From NCBI GenBank assembly GCA_023267215.1, contig JAHFNS010000002.1, positions 256,892 through 320,891 of the forward strand: a DNA stretch of 64,000 nt. The letters run 5' to 3'. Position 1 is the stretch's first letter. Each line of letters starts with the position of its first letter. Made by a program: the position numbers and the translations under genes. Under the pieces are notes generated by a model. The model was not told the origin of the DNA, did no database searches, and saw only the letters and a program-made list of their open reading frames with translations. Shown piece by piece: positions 46,398 through 56,891 of the stretch. The stretch is from Candidatus Nomurabacteria bacterium (GTDB taxonomy: Bacteria > Patescibacteriota > Minisyncoccia > Phycocordibacterales > UBA9973).

Positions 46398-49300
46398 ATG
46401 GAAGAAAAAACAAGCAAATCTGAAACAGTGCTTAGAGAAGAGCGGGTTTTGGAATTTTGGAAGAAAAATAATATTTTTCAGAAATCTTTAGAAAAAGAGT
46501 CACCGCTCGGTGAATTTGTTTTTTACGAAGGTCCGCCTACAGCCAATGGCAAGCCGGGTATTCATCATCTAGAAGCTCGAGCATTCAAGGATGCAATTCC
46601 TAGATACAAGACGATGAGAGGGTATCACGTCGGCCGCAAGGGTGGCTGGGATACTCATGGCCTACCAGTAGAACTTCAAGTGGAAAAAAAGTTGGGTCTA
46701 GATTCTAAAATTGCTATCGAAAAATACGGTATTGCGAGATTCAATCAAGAGTGTAAAGAAAGTGTTTGGCAATACACAGACGACTGGAGTAAATTTACTG
46801 AACGCATAGGCTACTTTGTTGATCAAGAAAATGCATATGTCACATATCACAATTCATACATAGAGTCTGTCTGGAATGTTCTGAAGAAAGTTAACGAACA
46901 AAAATTACTCTATAAGGATTATAAGGTTGTTCCATGGTGTCCTAGATGTGGAACAGTTCTTTCTTCTCATGAGCTTGCTCAAGGATATGAGAATATAAAA
47001 GATTTATCAGTTTATGTGAAGTTTAAAATAAAAAATCAAGACAATACTTTTATCCTCGCTTGGACGACGACTCCTTGGACATTGCCGGGCAATGTCGCTC
47101 TGGCTGTCGGGGAAAAGATCGATTATGTAAAGATAGAAAAAGAAAAAGAATTTTTAATATTAGCTAAAGCACGTTTGTCTGTAATTGATGGTGAATATAA
47201 AGTAGTAGAAGAATTTAAAGGGAAAGATTTGCTCGGATTAGAATACGAGCCTCTTTATCCATTTTTACAAGAAACTATTTCGGGAAAAGAAAAAGAAAAA
47301 ATGGATAAAGCATATAAAGTATATGCAGCTGACTTTGTGACCACAGAAGATGGTACTGGGGTGGTGCATACCGCAGTGATGTATGGTCAGGATGACTTCG
47401 TGCTAGGAAACGAGATAGGCTTGCCGAAGCATCATCTTGTAGGCCTCGATGGTAAATTTTTAGAGGGCACCGGATTTTTAGAAGGTAGATTTGTAAGAGA
47501 CGAAGAAGTGGCTGTGGACATTATTAAAGATTTAGCTAATCGTCCTACAGGTCCTCTCTTGTTTAAAAAAGAAAGGTACGAACACTCATACCCGCATTGT
47601 TGGCGTTGTCATACTGCACTCATTTATTACGCTCGAGATTCTTGGTACATAAAAATGTCTGATCCAAAGATCAAAGAAAAAATGATAGAGGAGAATAAAA
47701 GTATAAATTGGGAACCATCCCATATTCGTGATGGACGTTTTGGTGAGTGGTTGAAAGATATTAAAGATTGGGCAATCTCAAGAGAAAGATATTGGGGTAC
47801 GCCTCTTCCTGTCTGGACTTGTGACACTTGTAAAAATATGGAAGTTCTAGGAAGTGTAGAAGATATAAAACAAAGAACTAAAAAATCTGGTAATAAATAT
47901 TTTGTCATGCGACATGGGCAGGCAGAAAATAATATTGAAGATGAAAATAGTATTCATCATAAGGAGCTCAATCATATAGCAAAACTTACAGAAAAAGGGA
48001 AAGTGCAAGTTTTAGAAAATTCTAAAAATTTTAAAGAAAAGATAGATATGGTATTTTGTTCACCATTTCAAAGAGCGAAAGAAACTGCAAAAATAGTTTG
48101 TGAGCAAATTAATTTTCCATTTGATAAAATTGTTTATGATAGTCGAATACAAGAATGGGAATCTAGTTCTCTTTTTGAAGGTAAGAAAAAAGCTGTATTT
48201 AATAAATATTATGATGTAGATTATTTAGATAATCCGACTGAAACATTGCCTGACGGAGAAAGTTTTTCAGAATTAGTGAAAAGAGTTGGTGATTTTATTT
48301 ATGAATTAGAAACAAAATACTCAGGTAAAAATATTTTAATTTTTGGACATGGAAGTGCCACCAATGCTTTGAGTTTTGTAGTTCAAGGATTCTTATTGAA
48401 TTCTTTGTCTAGTAAAAATAATCTATTTAAAGAACTTCAAAATGCAGAAATTAAAAAATTTGATTTTGTTTTACTTCCACACAATGAAAATTATGAATTG
48501 GATTTACATAGACCATATGTTGATGAAATAGAACTTATTTGTAAATGTGGAGGAAAATTGGTACGCACAAAAGAAGTCATGGATGTATGGCTCGATTCTG
48601 GTGCTATGCCTTTTGCTCAGAGTCACTATCCTTTTGAAAATAAAGAATGGGTGGACGGAGTAGGTTACCCAGCAGATTTTATTTCTGAAGCCATAGATCA
48701 GACTCGTGGATGGTTTTACACCTTGCATGCAGTTGGAGTTTTGATGGGACGTGGAAAAGCATTTAAAAATGTTATTTGTTTAGGACATTTACTTGATGCA
48801 AAAGGGAAGAAGATGTCTAAATCTTTAGGTAATGTCGTCGACCCTTGGGTAATGATAGAAAAATATGGAGCGGATACGTTACGACTATGGATGTATTCTG
48901 TAAATCAGCCAGGTGAGTCTAAAAATTTTGATGAAAAGACAGTGCTCGAACTTCATAGACAAATATTCGGCCTACTTTACAATGTTTTGGTTTTCTATGA
49001 TCTCTATCGAGATCCTCAATTAGAAGTTTCTGAGTACAAAAAATCAGATGATGTTTTAGACCAATGGATTTCAGCTAGACTTGATGAATTGATAAAAGTT
49101 TCTACAGAAAATCTAGACAATTACAAACTTCTCGAACCTACGAGAGCTGTTCGTGATTTCATCGGTGATCTTTCTACTTGGTATCTACGTCGATCACGCG
49201 ACAGAATAAAAGATGGAGACAAAGGTGCAAAACAAACCTTATATTATGTCTTGAAAAATATTGCGAAGATCATGGCGCCATTTGCCCCGTTTGCAGCTGA

Positions 49301-49868
49301 AGATATATGGTTGAAATTGAAAAATGAAAAAGATGAAGAAAGTGTACACTTAGCAAGTTGGCCTACGGTAGAAAAAGTTGATGAAAAAATAATAGAAGAT
49401 ATGGAGAAAGTTCGAGAGATAGTTTCTCTTGGGCTCGAAGCTAGACAAAAATCAGGAATAAAAGTTCGTCAGCCGTTAGCTACTTTAAAATTTAAAGTTC
49501 AAGGAAAGCTTTCAGATGAACTGACTTCTCTTATCAAAGATGAAGTGAATGTGAAAGAAGTAGTCTTTGATGAAAAAATAGAAAATGAAGTCTTTCTTGA
49601 TACAAAAATCTCAGAAGAACTAAAAGAAGAGGGAAGCTATCGCGAACTCGTGAGAGGAATCCAAGATATGCGTAAAAAAATGGGGCTTACTCCTAGTGAC
49701 GTTGTCTCTATATCTGTCGACACCAGTGATGAAGGTAAAAAATTGATTCAAAAGTTCGAAAAAGATCTCTCAAAAGTAATCCTTGCTTCAAAAATAGAGT
49801 TTAAACCAAACGAAGGGGAAGAAATAAAAGTAGACGAACTAGTATTTAAAGTAAAAATAGAAAAGTAG
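46398..49868 (+). CDS. ileS: Isoleucine--tRNA ligase (type 2) with an inserted histidine-phosphatase domain
   Basis: GPPTANG.PGIHH, GWDTHGLP, WTTTPWTLP, DWAISRERYWG, KMSKS; RHG domain at about 47880-48480. Confidence 0.95.
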   Translation: MEEKTSKSETVLREERVLEFWKKNNIFQKSLEKESPLGEFVFYEGPPTANGKPGIHHLEARAFKDAIPRYKTMRGYHVGRKGGWDTHGLPVELQVEKKLGLDSKIAIEKYGIARFNQECKESVWQYTDDWSKFTERIGYFVDQENAYVTYHNSYIESVWNVLKKVNEQKLLYKDYKVVPWCPRCGTVLSSHELAQGYENIKDLSVYVKFKIKNQDNTFILAWTTTPWTLPGNVALAVGEKIDYVKIEKEKEFLILAKARLSVIDGEYKVVEEFKGKDLLGLEYEPLYPFLQETISGKEKEKMDKAYKVYAADFVTTEDGTGVVHTAVMYGQDDFVLGNEIGLPKHHLVGLDGKFLEGTGFLEGRFVRDEEVAVDIIKDLANRPTGPLLFKKERYEHSYPHCWRCHTALIYYARDSWYIKMSDPKIKEKMIEENKSINWEPSHIRDGRFGEWLKDIKDWAISRERYWGTPLPVWTCDTCKNMEVLGSVEDIKQRTKKSGNKYFVMRHGQAENNIEDENSIHHKELNHIAKLTEKGKVQVLENSKNFKEKIDMVFCSPFQRAKETAKIVCEQINFPFDKIVYDSRIQEWESSSLFEGKKKAVFNKYYDVDYLDNPTETLPDGESFSELVKRVGDFIYELETKYSGKNILIFGHGSATNALSFVVQGFLLNSLSSKNNLFKELQNAEIKKFDFVLLPHNENYELDLHRPYVDEIELICKCGGKLVRTKEVMDVWLDSGAMPFAQSHYPFENKEWVDGVGYPADFISEAIDQTRGWFYTLHAVGVLMGRGKAFKNVICLGHLLDAKGKKMSKSLGNVVDPWVMIEKYGADTLRLWMYSVNQPGESKNFDEKTVLELHRQIFGLLYNVLVFYDLYRDPQLEVSEYKKSDDVLDQWISARLDELIKVSTENLDNYKLLEPTRAVRDFIGDLSTWYLRRSRDRIKDGDKGAKQTLYYVLKNIAKIMAPFAPFAAEDIWLKLKNEKDEESVHLASWPTVEKVDEKIIEDMEKVREIVSLGLEARQKSGIKVRQPLATLKFKVQGKLSDELTSLIKDEVNVKEVVFDEKIENEVFLDTKISEELKEEGSYRELVRGIQDMRKKMGLTPSDVVSISVDTSDEGKKLIQKFEKDLSKVILASKIEFKPNEGEEIKVDELVFKVKIEK

Positions 49869-49880
49869 TATAATTTAAAT

Positions 49881-50435
49881 ATGGAAGACTTTTTAATAGA
49901 AGCTAGAAAATTAGCATATAGTGAAACGGATAAAAATGATACTCCTCCGGTACCTATACTGAATTTATCCACAAACAAAGGTAAAGAAATTGCTCAAAAA
50001 CTAGGTGCGAATGTAGATATAGTTGAAGCTGGTACTTTACTTATGGATTGTGCTCTAGGTAGAGCCTTAAAAGAAAATCGCAGGGAAGAGCATGTCAAAA
50101 TGTCTTTAGATTTGGCTAACGAATTACTAATAAAATCTACTATAAATGAAGACGAAAAAGAAAATATCCGTCGTTGTATTTTACAACATCATGGAGTAGA
50201 TAAATTTTATTCTTTAGAATCAGAGATTTGTTGTAATGCAGACTGTTATAGATTTATTTCTTTGAAAGGATTTATTATGCAAGCTCGATATGGTAGAGAT
50301 ATGTCTTTTGAGGAAATGGTTGAGTTGTTCAAAGAAAAAGTGGATGAAAAATGGAATGCAATAAGCATCCCGTTTGTTCGAGAAGAACTAAGTCCTCAAC
50401 ACAAAATTATTCTTGAAATGTTAAAGGTTTTGTAA
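49881..50435 (+). CDS. HD-fold-like protein with a degenerate motif
   Basis: Helical HD-like pattern (LLMDC at the HD position; EHV, I.QHH, NAD). Confidence 0.55.
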   Translation: MEDFLIEARKLAYSETDKNDTPPVPILNLSTNKGKEIAQKLGANVDIVEAGTLLMDCALGRALKENRREEHVKMSLDLANELLIKSTINEDEKENIRRCILQHHGVDKFYSLESEICCNADCYRFISLKGFIMQARYGRDMSFEEMVELFKEKVDEKWNAISIPFVREELSPQHKIILEMLKVL

Positions 50436-50446
50436 AAATAAAGTAG

Positions 50447-51079
50447 ATGAAAATTTTTAAATTTGAACAATCTGGTTTTATTCTAGAAACTGAAAAAGGT
50501 TTTCGTGTGGCTTTTGATATAGGTAATAAAACACCAATTGAAAAACTTGAAAATGTGAAAGTAGATGCGATGTTTGTAACCCATATTCATGGGGACCATT
50601 TTTCTTTAGAGCAAATTAAAAAATTATCTCCAAAAAAATTATATTTAGGAGAACAGTGTAAAGAAGCTCTTGGTAAATATTCACCTCCTTTTGAAACCAT
50701 AGAAGTGAAAGCTGACAATCAAGTTAATATCGAAGATATAAAAATTAAAATTTTTGATGTAGATCATGGTCCTAATGTTACTGCCCCGGTAAAGCAAAAT
50801 TTTGGTTTTTTGATAGTAGTAGATAATAAAAAAATATATTTTGCTGGTGAAATGTTTTATGAATCTGGTATTAGTGTTTCAAATCTAGAAGTTGATTATG
50901 CTTTTTTCCCAATAGGAACTTTTTATACATTTGGCCCTAAAGAGGCATTTGCCTTTGCAAAAAAATTTAAAAAAATTGGAGAAATTATACCAATGCATTA
51001 TGAAAAAACGCCAGAAACAAAAATTGAGTTTTTAAACTTAATAAAAGGTTATTTTAATATAAGCCAATTTACTATATAA
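50447..51079 (+). CDS. MBL-fold metallo-hydrolase
   Basis: THIHGDH, DHG, IPMHY. Confidence 0.85.
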   Translation: MKIFKFEQSGFILETEKGFRVAFDIGNKTPIEKLENVKVDAMFVTHIHGDHFSLEQIKKLSPKKLYLGEQCKEALGKYSPPFETIEVKADNQVNIEDIKIKIFDVDHGPNVTAPVKQNFGFLIVVDNKKIYFAGEMFYESGISVSNLEVDYAFFPIGTFYTFGPKEAFAFAKKFKKIGEIIPMHYEKTPETKIEFLNLIKGYFNISQFTI

Positions 51080-51086
51080 TTTATCT

Positions 51087-51671
51087 ATGAAAAAAGTATT
51101 TATAATACATGGTTTTGGTGGAATTCCAAATGGAGGCTGGATTCCATGGTTAATGGAGGAGTTGGCTAAAGAAAAAATTTATGCCTGTGCTTTGCCTATG
51201 CCAGAATCAAAAAAACCTATTGTTTCCAAGTGGACAGAAGAGATTGTTCATGCGATAGAGAACTCAACAGAAGATGAAATTTATCTAATAGGGCACAGCT
51301 TAGGTGCTTCCGCTATCTTGAAATTTCTTGAATCTTACGATGGCAATAAAAAAATTTCAGGTGTTGTTTTGATGTCTGGCTTGATTAGTCCATTGGAAGC
51401 TCTAGATCCTGAAAGTAAATATCGTTTAATAGATTCTTTTGTTGTCCCACCAATAAATTTTGAAAATATAAAAAATAAGGCGGATAAATTTACTGTTTTT
51501 CATAGTATTGATGATCCGGCTGTACCATTTTCTCATGCTGAAAAAATATCTAGTGCACTTGATTGCAAACTTACGAAAGTAGAAAAAGGAGGACATTTTT
51601 ATATCCTATCTGAACCTATTTGTTATGAAATACCAGGATTGATCGAAGTCGTGAGAGAAGTTTTAAATTAA
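51087..51671 (+). CDS. YdeN/RBBP9-like alpha/beta hydrolase
   Basis: IIHG, GHSLG, DDP.V, GGHF triad. Confidence 0.88.
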   Translation: MKKVFIIHGFGGIPNGGWIPWLMEELAKEKIYACALPMPESKKPIVSKWTEEIVHAIENSTEDEIYLIGHSLGASAILKFLESYDGNKKISGVVLMSGLISPLEALDPESKYRLIDSFVVPPINFENIKNKADKFTVFHSIDDPAVPFSHAEKISSALDCKLTKVEKGGHFYILSEPICYEIPGLIEVVREVLN

Positions 51672-52249
51672 TGCATCATATATACCATACAGAAGGAATA
51701 ATATTGAGTAGTGGGAACTTCGGCGAAACGGGGAAGTACTATTCTATTTTCACTCGCGACTTAGGGATGATATACGCTAGTGCCCAAGGTGTGCGAAAGA
51801 TATCTTCAAAACTTCGTTTTGTTTTGCAAGATTTCTCATATTTGAAAATTGATTTAGTTAAAGGAAAAGATTTCTGGAGAATCACAAGTGTATCGAAAAC
51901 AAATGAACTTGAAAATTTATCGAGGACTGGAACCTTCGAAGTTTTTGTAAATATTTCAAAATTATTAAAAAGACTTCTGGCTGGCGAGGATAGAAATGAA
52001 GAATTATTTATTGATCTTTTAAAAGGTCTATCCATCTTAAATAAATCTGAGACGAATGAAGAGTTGCGTAGTATCGAGGCCATCATAGTATTGCGTATCT
52101 TAAACAACCTAGGATATATAGGAGGGAATGAAGTTTTGAAAGATTTTATAAAATCTCCTTTCGAGGAAGAATTGATATTCAAAGTGCCCGAAAGTAGAGC
52201 TAAAATATTACATCAAATAAACAAAGCACTCAAAGAAACACATTTATAA
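51671..52249 (+). CDS. recO: DNA repair protein RecO (short)
   Basis: TEGIIL...GE......FT.DLG...A.AQGVRK..SKL. Confidence 0.85.
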   Translation: MHHIYHTEGIILSSGNFGETGKYYSIFTRDLGMIYASAQGVRKISSKLRFVLQDFSYLKIDLVKGKDFWRITSVSKTNELENLSRTGTFEVFVNISKLLKRLLAGEDRNEELFIDLLKGLSILNKSETNEELRSIEAIIVLRILNNLGYIGGNEVLKDFIKSPFEEELIFKVPESRAKILHQINKALKETHL

Positions 52250-52299
52250 GTATTTTTTTGAGAGTTTTTAAATCTCATTTTTAATGTTATAATTAAAAG

Positions 52300-54231
52300 A
52301 TGTTATCTCGCGATAGAAATAAATTAAACAGAATAGAAGAATTGAAAAGCAAACTGTTTGATAAAGATTTTAAAGTAAAAATGGAACATCGTGATAACTT
52401 TCCTCATTTTCAACAAAAAGAAGTGATGGATTCTTGGGGAGAAAATGAAAGTGTAGAGACGAATTTTGAAGAAAATTTTTTTATGAAAACATCCATGTTT
52501 AAAAAATTTTTTATATTTTCAGTTGCTTTTTTTGTTCTAGCTGTGGGTTACGCTGCTTATGTGTTTTTTGCTAATAGCAACTCTGTTTCTAATGATAATA
52601 TTGATATCACTGTACAAAGCAATGCTTTTACTAACGGCGGAGAAGATTACCCTCTCTTGCTTGAAATAGCCAATAGAAACAGTTCACCGATTTTGTTGGC
52701 TGACTTAGTAATAGAATATCCAAAAAGTTCACAATCTGATTTATCAAAAGACAATGAACATTTACGTATTTCTTTAGGAACGATTCCAGCGGGGGGAGTA
52801 AAAAATGAAAATGTGAAGTTGGTATTTTTTGGTGAACAAGGGAGTGTCCGTCCAATAAATATTTCTCTTGAATATAGAGTTGAAGGTTCTAACGCTATTT
52901 TTGTCAAAGAAAAACCTTATGAAATTTCTATAAATTCCACACCGATAAATCTTTCTGTCGATGCACCTACTGAGGTGAATACAAATCAAGATATCACCTT
53001 GGGAGTAAAAGCTACTTTGAATTCAACGAAGGCTGTTTCTGGTATGCTTTTAAAAATTGATTACCCGATTGGTTTTCAATTTACTAAAGCAACGCCTTCA
53101 CCTTCAATAGGGAATAATGTTTGGGATTTGGGAGATATTACCCCTGGAACAGAACGAAATATTTCTATTTCTGGAAAAATGGTTGATGTTTTTGACGGAG
53201 AAGAGAAAGTTTTTCGTGTTTGGAGTGGAACTCAATCTTCTTCAGATAAATCATCGATTGATGTTGTTTTCAATTCTCTAGAACATATTGTCGCTATAAA
53301 AAAATCTTCAATTGAGGCAAAGCTTTTAGTCAACGGAGTTTTAAATAGTGAGTATGCAGTAGATACAAAAACCGGGGTTCAAGGGCAAATACAATGGACC
53401 AATAATTTAGAAACGAAAATAAATGATTTAAAAATTATAGCAAAAATTTATGGTAACGCGCTTGATCGCAAATCAATATCGGCCAAAGAAGGTTTTTATG
53501 ACTCTACTCAAGATTCTATTATTTGGGATAAAAATTCACAAAGCAAGTTTGCAGAAATAAATCCTGGTGATTCTGGGGTTGTCTCTTTTTCTCTTTCTCC
53601 ACTTTCACTTTTTGGAGCACAAGGCGGAATGATTTCTTCTCCCACTATAAATATAGATGTATCAATAACAGGGAGACAGTCAGAAGGAGGTGATCTGGCG
53701 ACAAATTTAAGCAGTCAAGAATCTAAAGTTATCAAAATAATTTCGGATATTGGTTTTTCTTCTAAGGCGCTTTATTATTCTGGGCCATTTAAAAATACTG
53801 GACCAATTCCTCCAAAAGTCGGAGAAAAAACTCTCTATACTATTACTTGGTCTCTTTCAAATACAGCTAATAATATTTCTAAAGCGCAGGTCTCTTCTTC
53901 TATTCCTTCTTGGATTCGATTTGTTGGAACAACAACTCCTCTTTCAGAAGATTTGGTTTATAATCCTTCTACCAGAGAAATAATTTGGAACGCTGGGACA
54001 GTATTAAAAGGAACTGGAATTACCGGAGAAAATAAAGAAGTTTCTTTTCAAGTTGAACTCACCCCTTCTCTTTCTCAAGTTAACACAGCACCTATTATTA
54101 TAAATAGTGCAATTTTGACCGGACACGATGATTTTGCTAATGTTGATGTAAAGGTTAGTAAGACATCTTTGGATGCTAGACTTTTAGGAGATTCAAGTTT
54201 TCCGCCTAATGGAGGCAAAGTAGTCGATTAG
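52300..54231 (+). CDS. Membrane-anchored protein with tandem Ig-like (DUF11-like) domains
   Basis: Single TM after a cytoplasmic N-terminus; beta-rich modules with W.LG.I.PG motifs. Confidence 0.7.
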   Translation: MLSRDRNKLNRIEELKSKLFDKDFKVKMEHRDNFPHFQQKEVMDSWGENESVETNFEENFFMKTSMFKKFFIFSVAFFVLAVGYAAYVFFANSNSVSNDNIDITVQSNAFTNGGEDYPLLLEIANRNSSPILLADLVIEYPKSSQSDLSKDNEHLRISLGTIPAGGVKNENVKLVFFGEQGSVRPINISLEYRVEGSNAIFVKEKPYEISINSTPINLSVDAPTEVNTNQDITLGVKATLNSTKAVSGMLLKIDYPIGFQFTKATPSPSIGNNVWDLGDITPGTERNISISGKMVDVFDGEEKVFRVWSGTQSSSDKSSIDVVFNSLEHIVAIKKSSIEAKLLVNGVLNSEYAVDTKTGVQGQIQWTNNLETKINDLKIIAKIYGNALDRKSISAKEGFYDSTQDSIIWDKNSQSKFAEINPGDSGVVSFSLSPLSLFGAQGGMISSPTINIDVSITGRQSEGGDLATNLSSQESKVIKIISDIGFSSKALYYSGPFKNTGPIPPKVGEKTLYTITWSLSNTANNISKAQVSSSIPSWIRFVGTTTPLSEDLVYNPSTREIIWNAGTVLKGTGITGENKEVSFQVELTPSLSQVNTAPIIINSAILTGHDDFANVDVKVSKTSLDARLLGDSSFPPNGGKVVD

Positions 54232-54266
54232 TCTTTTAAACTTAGCTTAAGATACACAGATAAAAT

Positions 54267-55586
54267 ATGAAAGAAGAAAAAAACAATTTAATGGAAAAAA
54301 TAGTTTCGCTTTGTAAAAGACGAGGTTTTATTTTTCCAGGTTCGGAGATTTATGGAGGACTAGCGGGGACTTATGATTATGGTCCTCTTGGTTCTTTATT
54401 AAAAAAGAATATAGAAGATTCCTGGTTAGATTATTTTATTCGCAGTAGAGAAAATATTTATTTAATAGATACTCCAATTTTAATGCATCCAAGAGTTTGG
54501 GAAGCTTCTGGTCATGTAGAAAATTTTGTCGATCCAGTTTCTAAATGCAAAACTTGTGGAAATAGTTTTCGTTCTGATCAAATAGAAGATAAAGAAAAAT
54601 GTCCAAATTGTGGTGGAAAACTTTCTAATCCAAATAATTTTAATTTAATGCTTGAAACAAAAATGGGAGCTTCAGAAGAAACAGCCATTAAAACTTTTTT
54701 GAGGCCTGAAGAAGCTCAAAGTATGTTTGTTAATTTTAAAAATGTTTTACAATCAATGTCTCCTAAAGTTCCTTTTGGTATTGCACAGATAGGTAAAGCA
54801 TTCAGAAATGAAATAACTCCAAGAGATTTTACTTATAGATTACGTGAATTTGAGATAATGGAATTTGAATATTTTATTCACCCCGATGCTCCATGGGAAG
54901 CTCTCTTTGATAATTTCTTACTAGAACAAAAAGAATGGCTTTCTAGAATTGGAGTTGATGTAACAAAACTTCATCCATTGGAACATCCAGAAAATGGTCG
55001 TGCTCATTATAGTAAAAAAACTGTTGATTTAGAGTTTGAATATCCTTTTGGTATTAAGGAGCTTACAGGTCTTGCTCATAGAGGTGATTATGATTTAAAA
55101 AGACACCAAGAATTTTCTGGAGAAAAAATGGAAGTATTGGATGATGCAACTGGAGAAAAATTTATTCCGCATGTTTTAGAACCTACTGTCAGCGTAGATA
55201 GAGCCATGCTTGCACTTATTTGTTCTACTTATCGAGAAAGTGGAGAAGGAGATAATATGCGAGTTTATCTAAAATTTCCTCCATCAATTGCTCCATATAA
55301 AGCTTGTGTTTCTCCATTATTAAAAAATAAATCAGAACTTGTGTCTTATGCCAAAAATGTTTTTACAGAATTAAAAAAAGAATTTGGTTGGATAGCTTGG
55401 GATGACAATGGCAATATAGGTAAGCGTTATAGAAGACAAGACGAGATAGGTACGCCATTTTGTATAGTTATAGATTTCGATACATTGACCGACAATATGG
55501 TGACTGTTCGCGATAGGGATACGGGTGAACAAGAGAGAATAAAAGTATCTGATTTGAAAAAATATATACAAGATAAAATAAGTTAA
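54267..55586 (+). CDS. glyQS: Glycine--tRNA ligase (alpha2 type)
   Basis: LCKRRGF, YDYGPLG, LRPE.AQ, FRNEITP, IGKRYRRQDEIGTP. Confidence 0.96.
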   Translation: MKEEKNNLMEKIVSLCKRRGFIFPGSEIYGGLAGTYDYGPLGSLLKKNIEDSWLDYFIRSRENIYLIDTPILMHPRVWEASGHVENFVDPVSKCKTCGNSFRSDQIEDKEKCPNCGGKLSNPNNFNLMLETKMGASEETAIKTFLRPEEAQSMFVNFKNVLQSMSPKVPFGIAQIGKAFRNEITPRDFTYRLREFEIMEFEYFIHPDAPWEALFDNFLLEQKEWLSRIGVDVTKLHPLEHPENGRAHYSKKTVDLEFEYPFGIKELTGLAHRGDYDLKRHQEFSGEKMEVLDDATGEKFIPHVLEPTVSVDRAMLALICSTYRESGEGDNMRVYLKFPPSIAPYKACVSPLLKNKSELVSYAKNVFTELKKEFGWIAWDDNGNIGKRYRRQDEIGTPFCIVIDFDTLTDNMVTVRDRDTGEQERIKVSDLKKYIQDKIS

Positions 55587-55599
55587 TCACCACCCCCAA

Positions 55600-56868
55600 A
55601 TGAAATTCAAAAAAACAATTTTAAAAAATGGTTTAAGAATAATAACAGTGCCGATGAAGGACAATCCGACAGCGACTGTTTTGGTATTGGTTGAAGCTGG
55701 TTCTAAATATGAAACAAAAAAAATAAATGGCCTATCGCATTTCTTAGAACATATGTGCTTTAAGGGCACAACTAAAAGGCCAAAAGCGATAGATATTTCT
55801 AAAGAATTAGATGCACTGGGCTCACAATACAATGCTTTCACAGCTCAAGAATACACTGGATATTATGCGAAGTCTGATGCAAAACATTTTAAACAGATTT
55901 TTGATGTGGTTACCGATATCTATTTGAATTCAACTTTTCCAGAAGCTGAAATGCAAAAAGAAAAAGGTGTCATTATCGAAGAAATAAATATGTACGAAGA
56001 TATGCCTAACAGACATGTGCAAGACCTGATGATGGGGCTTCTTTACGGTGATCAACCAGCAGGTTGGAACATTGCTGGAGACAAGAAAAATATTTTAAAT
56101 ATGAAACGTGATGATTTTGTGAAATATAAAAAATCACATTACTTACCAGAAGCCACAGTTATAATAGTTGCGGGCCAGGTGAAGGAGGGTGATGTCTTAA
56201 AAGAAGTTAAAAAAGTTTTTGGTAAAGTCCCAAGTGGAGTGAAAGCCAAAAAGTTGAAAGTCAAAGAAAAACAAACAAAGCCAGAAGTGTTGGTGAGTTA
56301 TAAAAAGACAGATCAGACACATTTTGTATTGGGAGTGCGTAGTCATGATTTATTTAGCAAGAAAAATGCTGTGCTTTCTGTTTTGGGTGGAGTTTTAGGA
56401 GGAGGAATGAGTTCAAGGCTTTTTCAAAAATTGCGTGAAGAAATGGGCGTCGGATATTATGTGCGTGCTTATAACGATTCTTATACTGATCATGGATTTA
56501 TGCAGATTTCTGCTGGAGTAGATAATAAAAGAATAGAAGAAGTTTTGGAGGCTGTACTTTTAGAATGTAAAAAGTTAAAAGAAGAAAAAGTGAGTCTAGA
56601 AGAATTGAATAAAGTAAAAGAATTTCTAATAGGCAATATGAAGCTTTCTTTAGAATCAACAGATGACATCGCAGGTTTCTATGGTTTACAAGAAGTTTTG
56701 AAACGTGAAGTAAAAAAAGCAGAAGAGAAAGCAGAAGAAATTAGGAAAGTAAAAGCAGAGGATATAAAACTTTTAGCTAATACTATTTTCAAAAACGACA
56801 AGCTAAATCTTGCCTTGATTGGACCATTTAAAGATAAAACAAAATTTTCCAAAATACTGAAATTTTAA
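55600..56868 (+). CDS. M16 family zinc peptidase
   Basis: HFLEH (HxxEH), NAFT, MSSRLFQ.LRE..G..Y. Confidence 0.93.
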   Translation: MKFKKTILKNGLRIITVPMKDNPTATVLVLVEAGSKYETKKINGLSHFLEHMCFKGTTKRPKAIDISKELDALGSQYNAFTAQEYTGYYAKSDAKHFKQIFDVVTDIYLNSTFPEAEMQKEKGVIIEEINMYEDMPNRHVQDLMMGLLYGDQPAGWNIAGDKKNILNMKRDDFVKYKKSHYLPEATVIIVAGQVKEGDVLKEVKKVFGKVPSGVKAKKLKVKEKQTKPEVLVSYKKTDQTHFVLGVRSHDLFSKKNAVLSVLGGVLGGGMSSRLFQKLREEMGVGYYVRAYNDSYTDHGFMQISAGVDNKRIEEVLEAVLLECKKLKEEKVSLEELNKVKEFLIGNMKLSLESTDDIAGFYGLQEVLKREVKKAEEKAEEIRKVKAEDIKLLANTIFKNDKLNLALIGPFKDKTKFSKILKF

Positions 56869-56891
56869 GTATTTTGTGTTATTATACTTTT

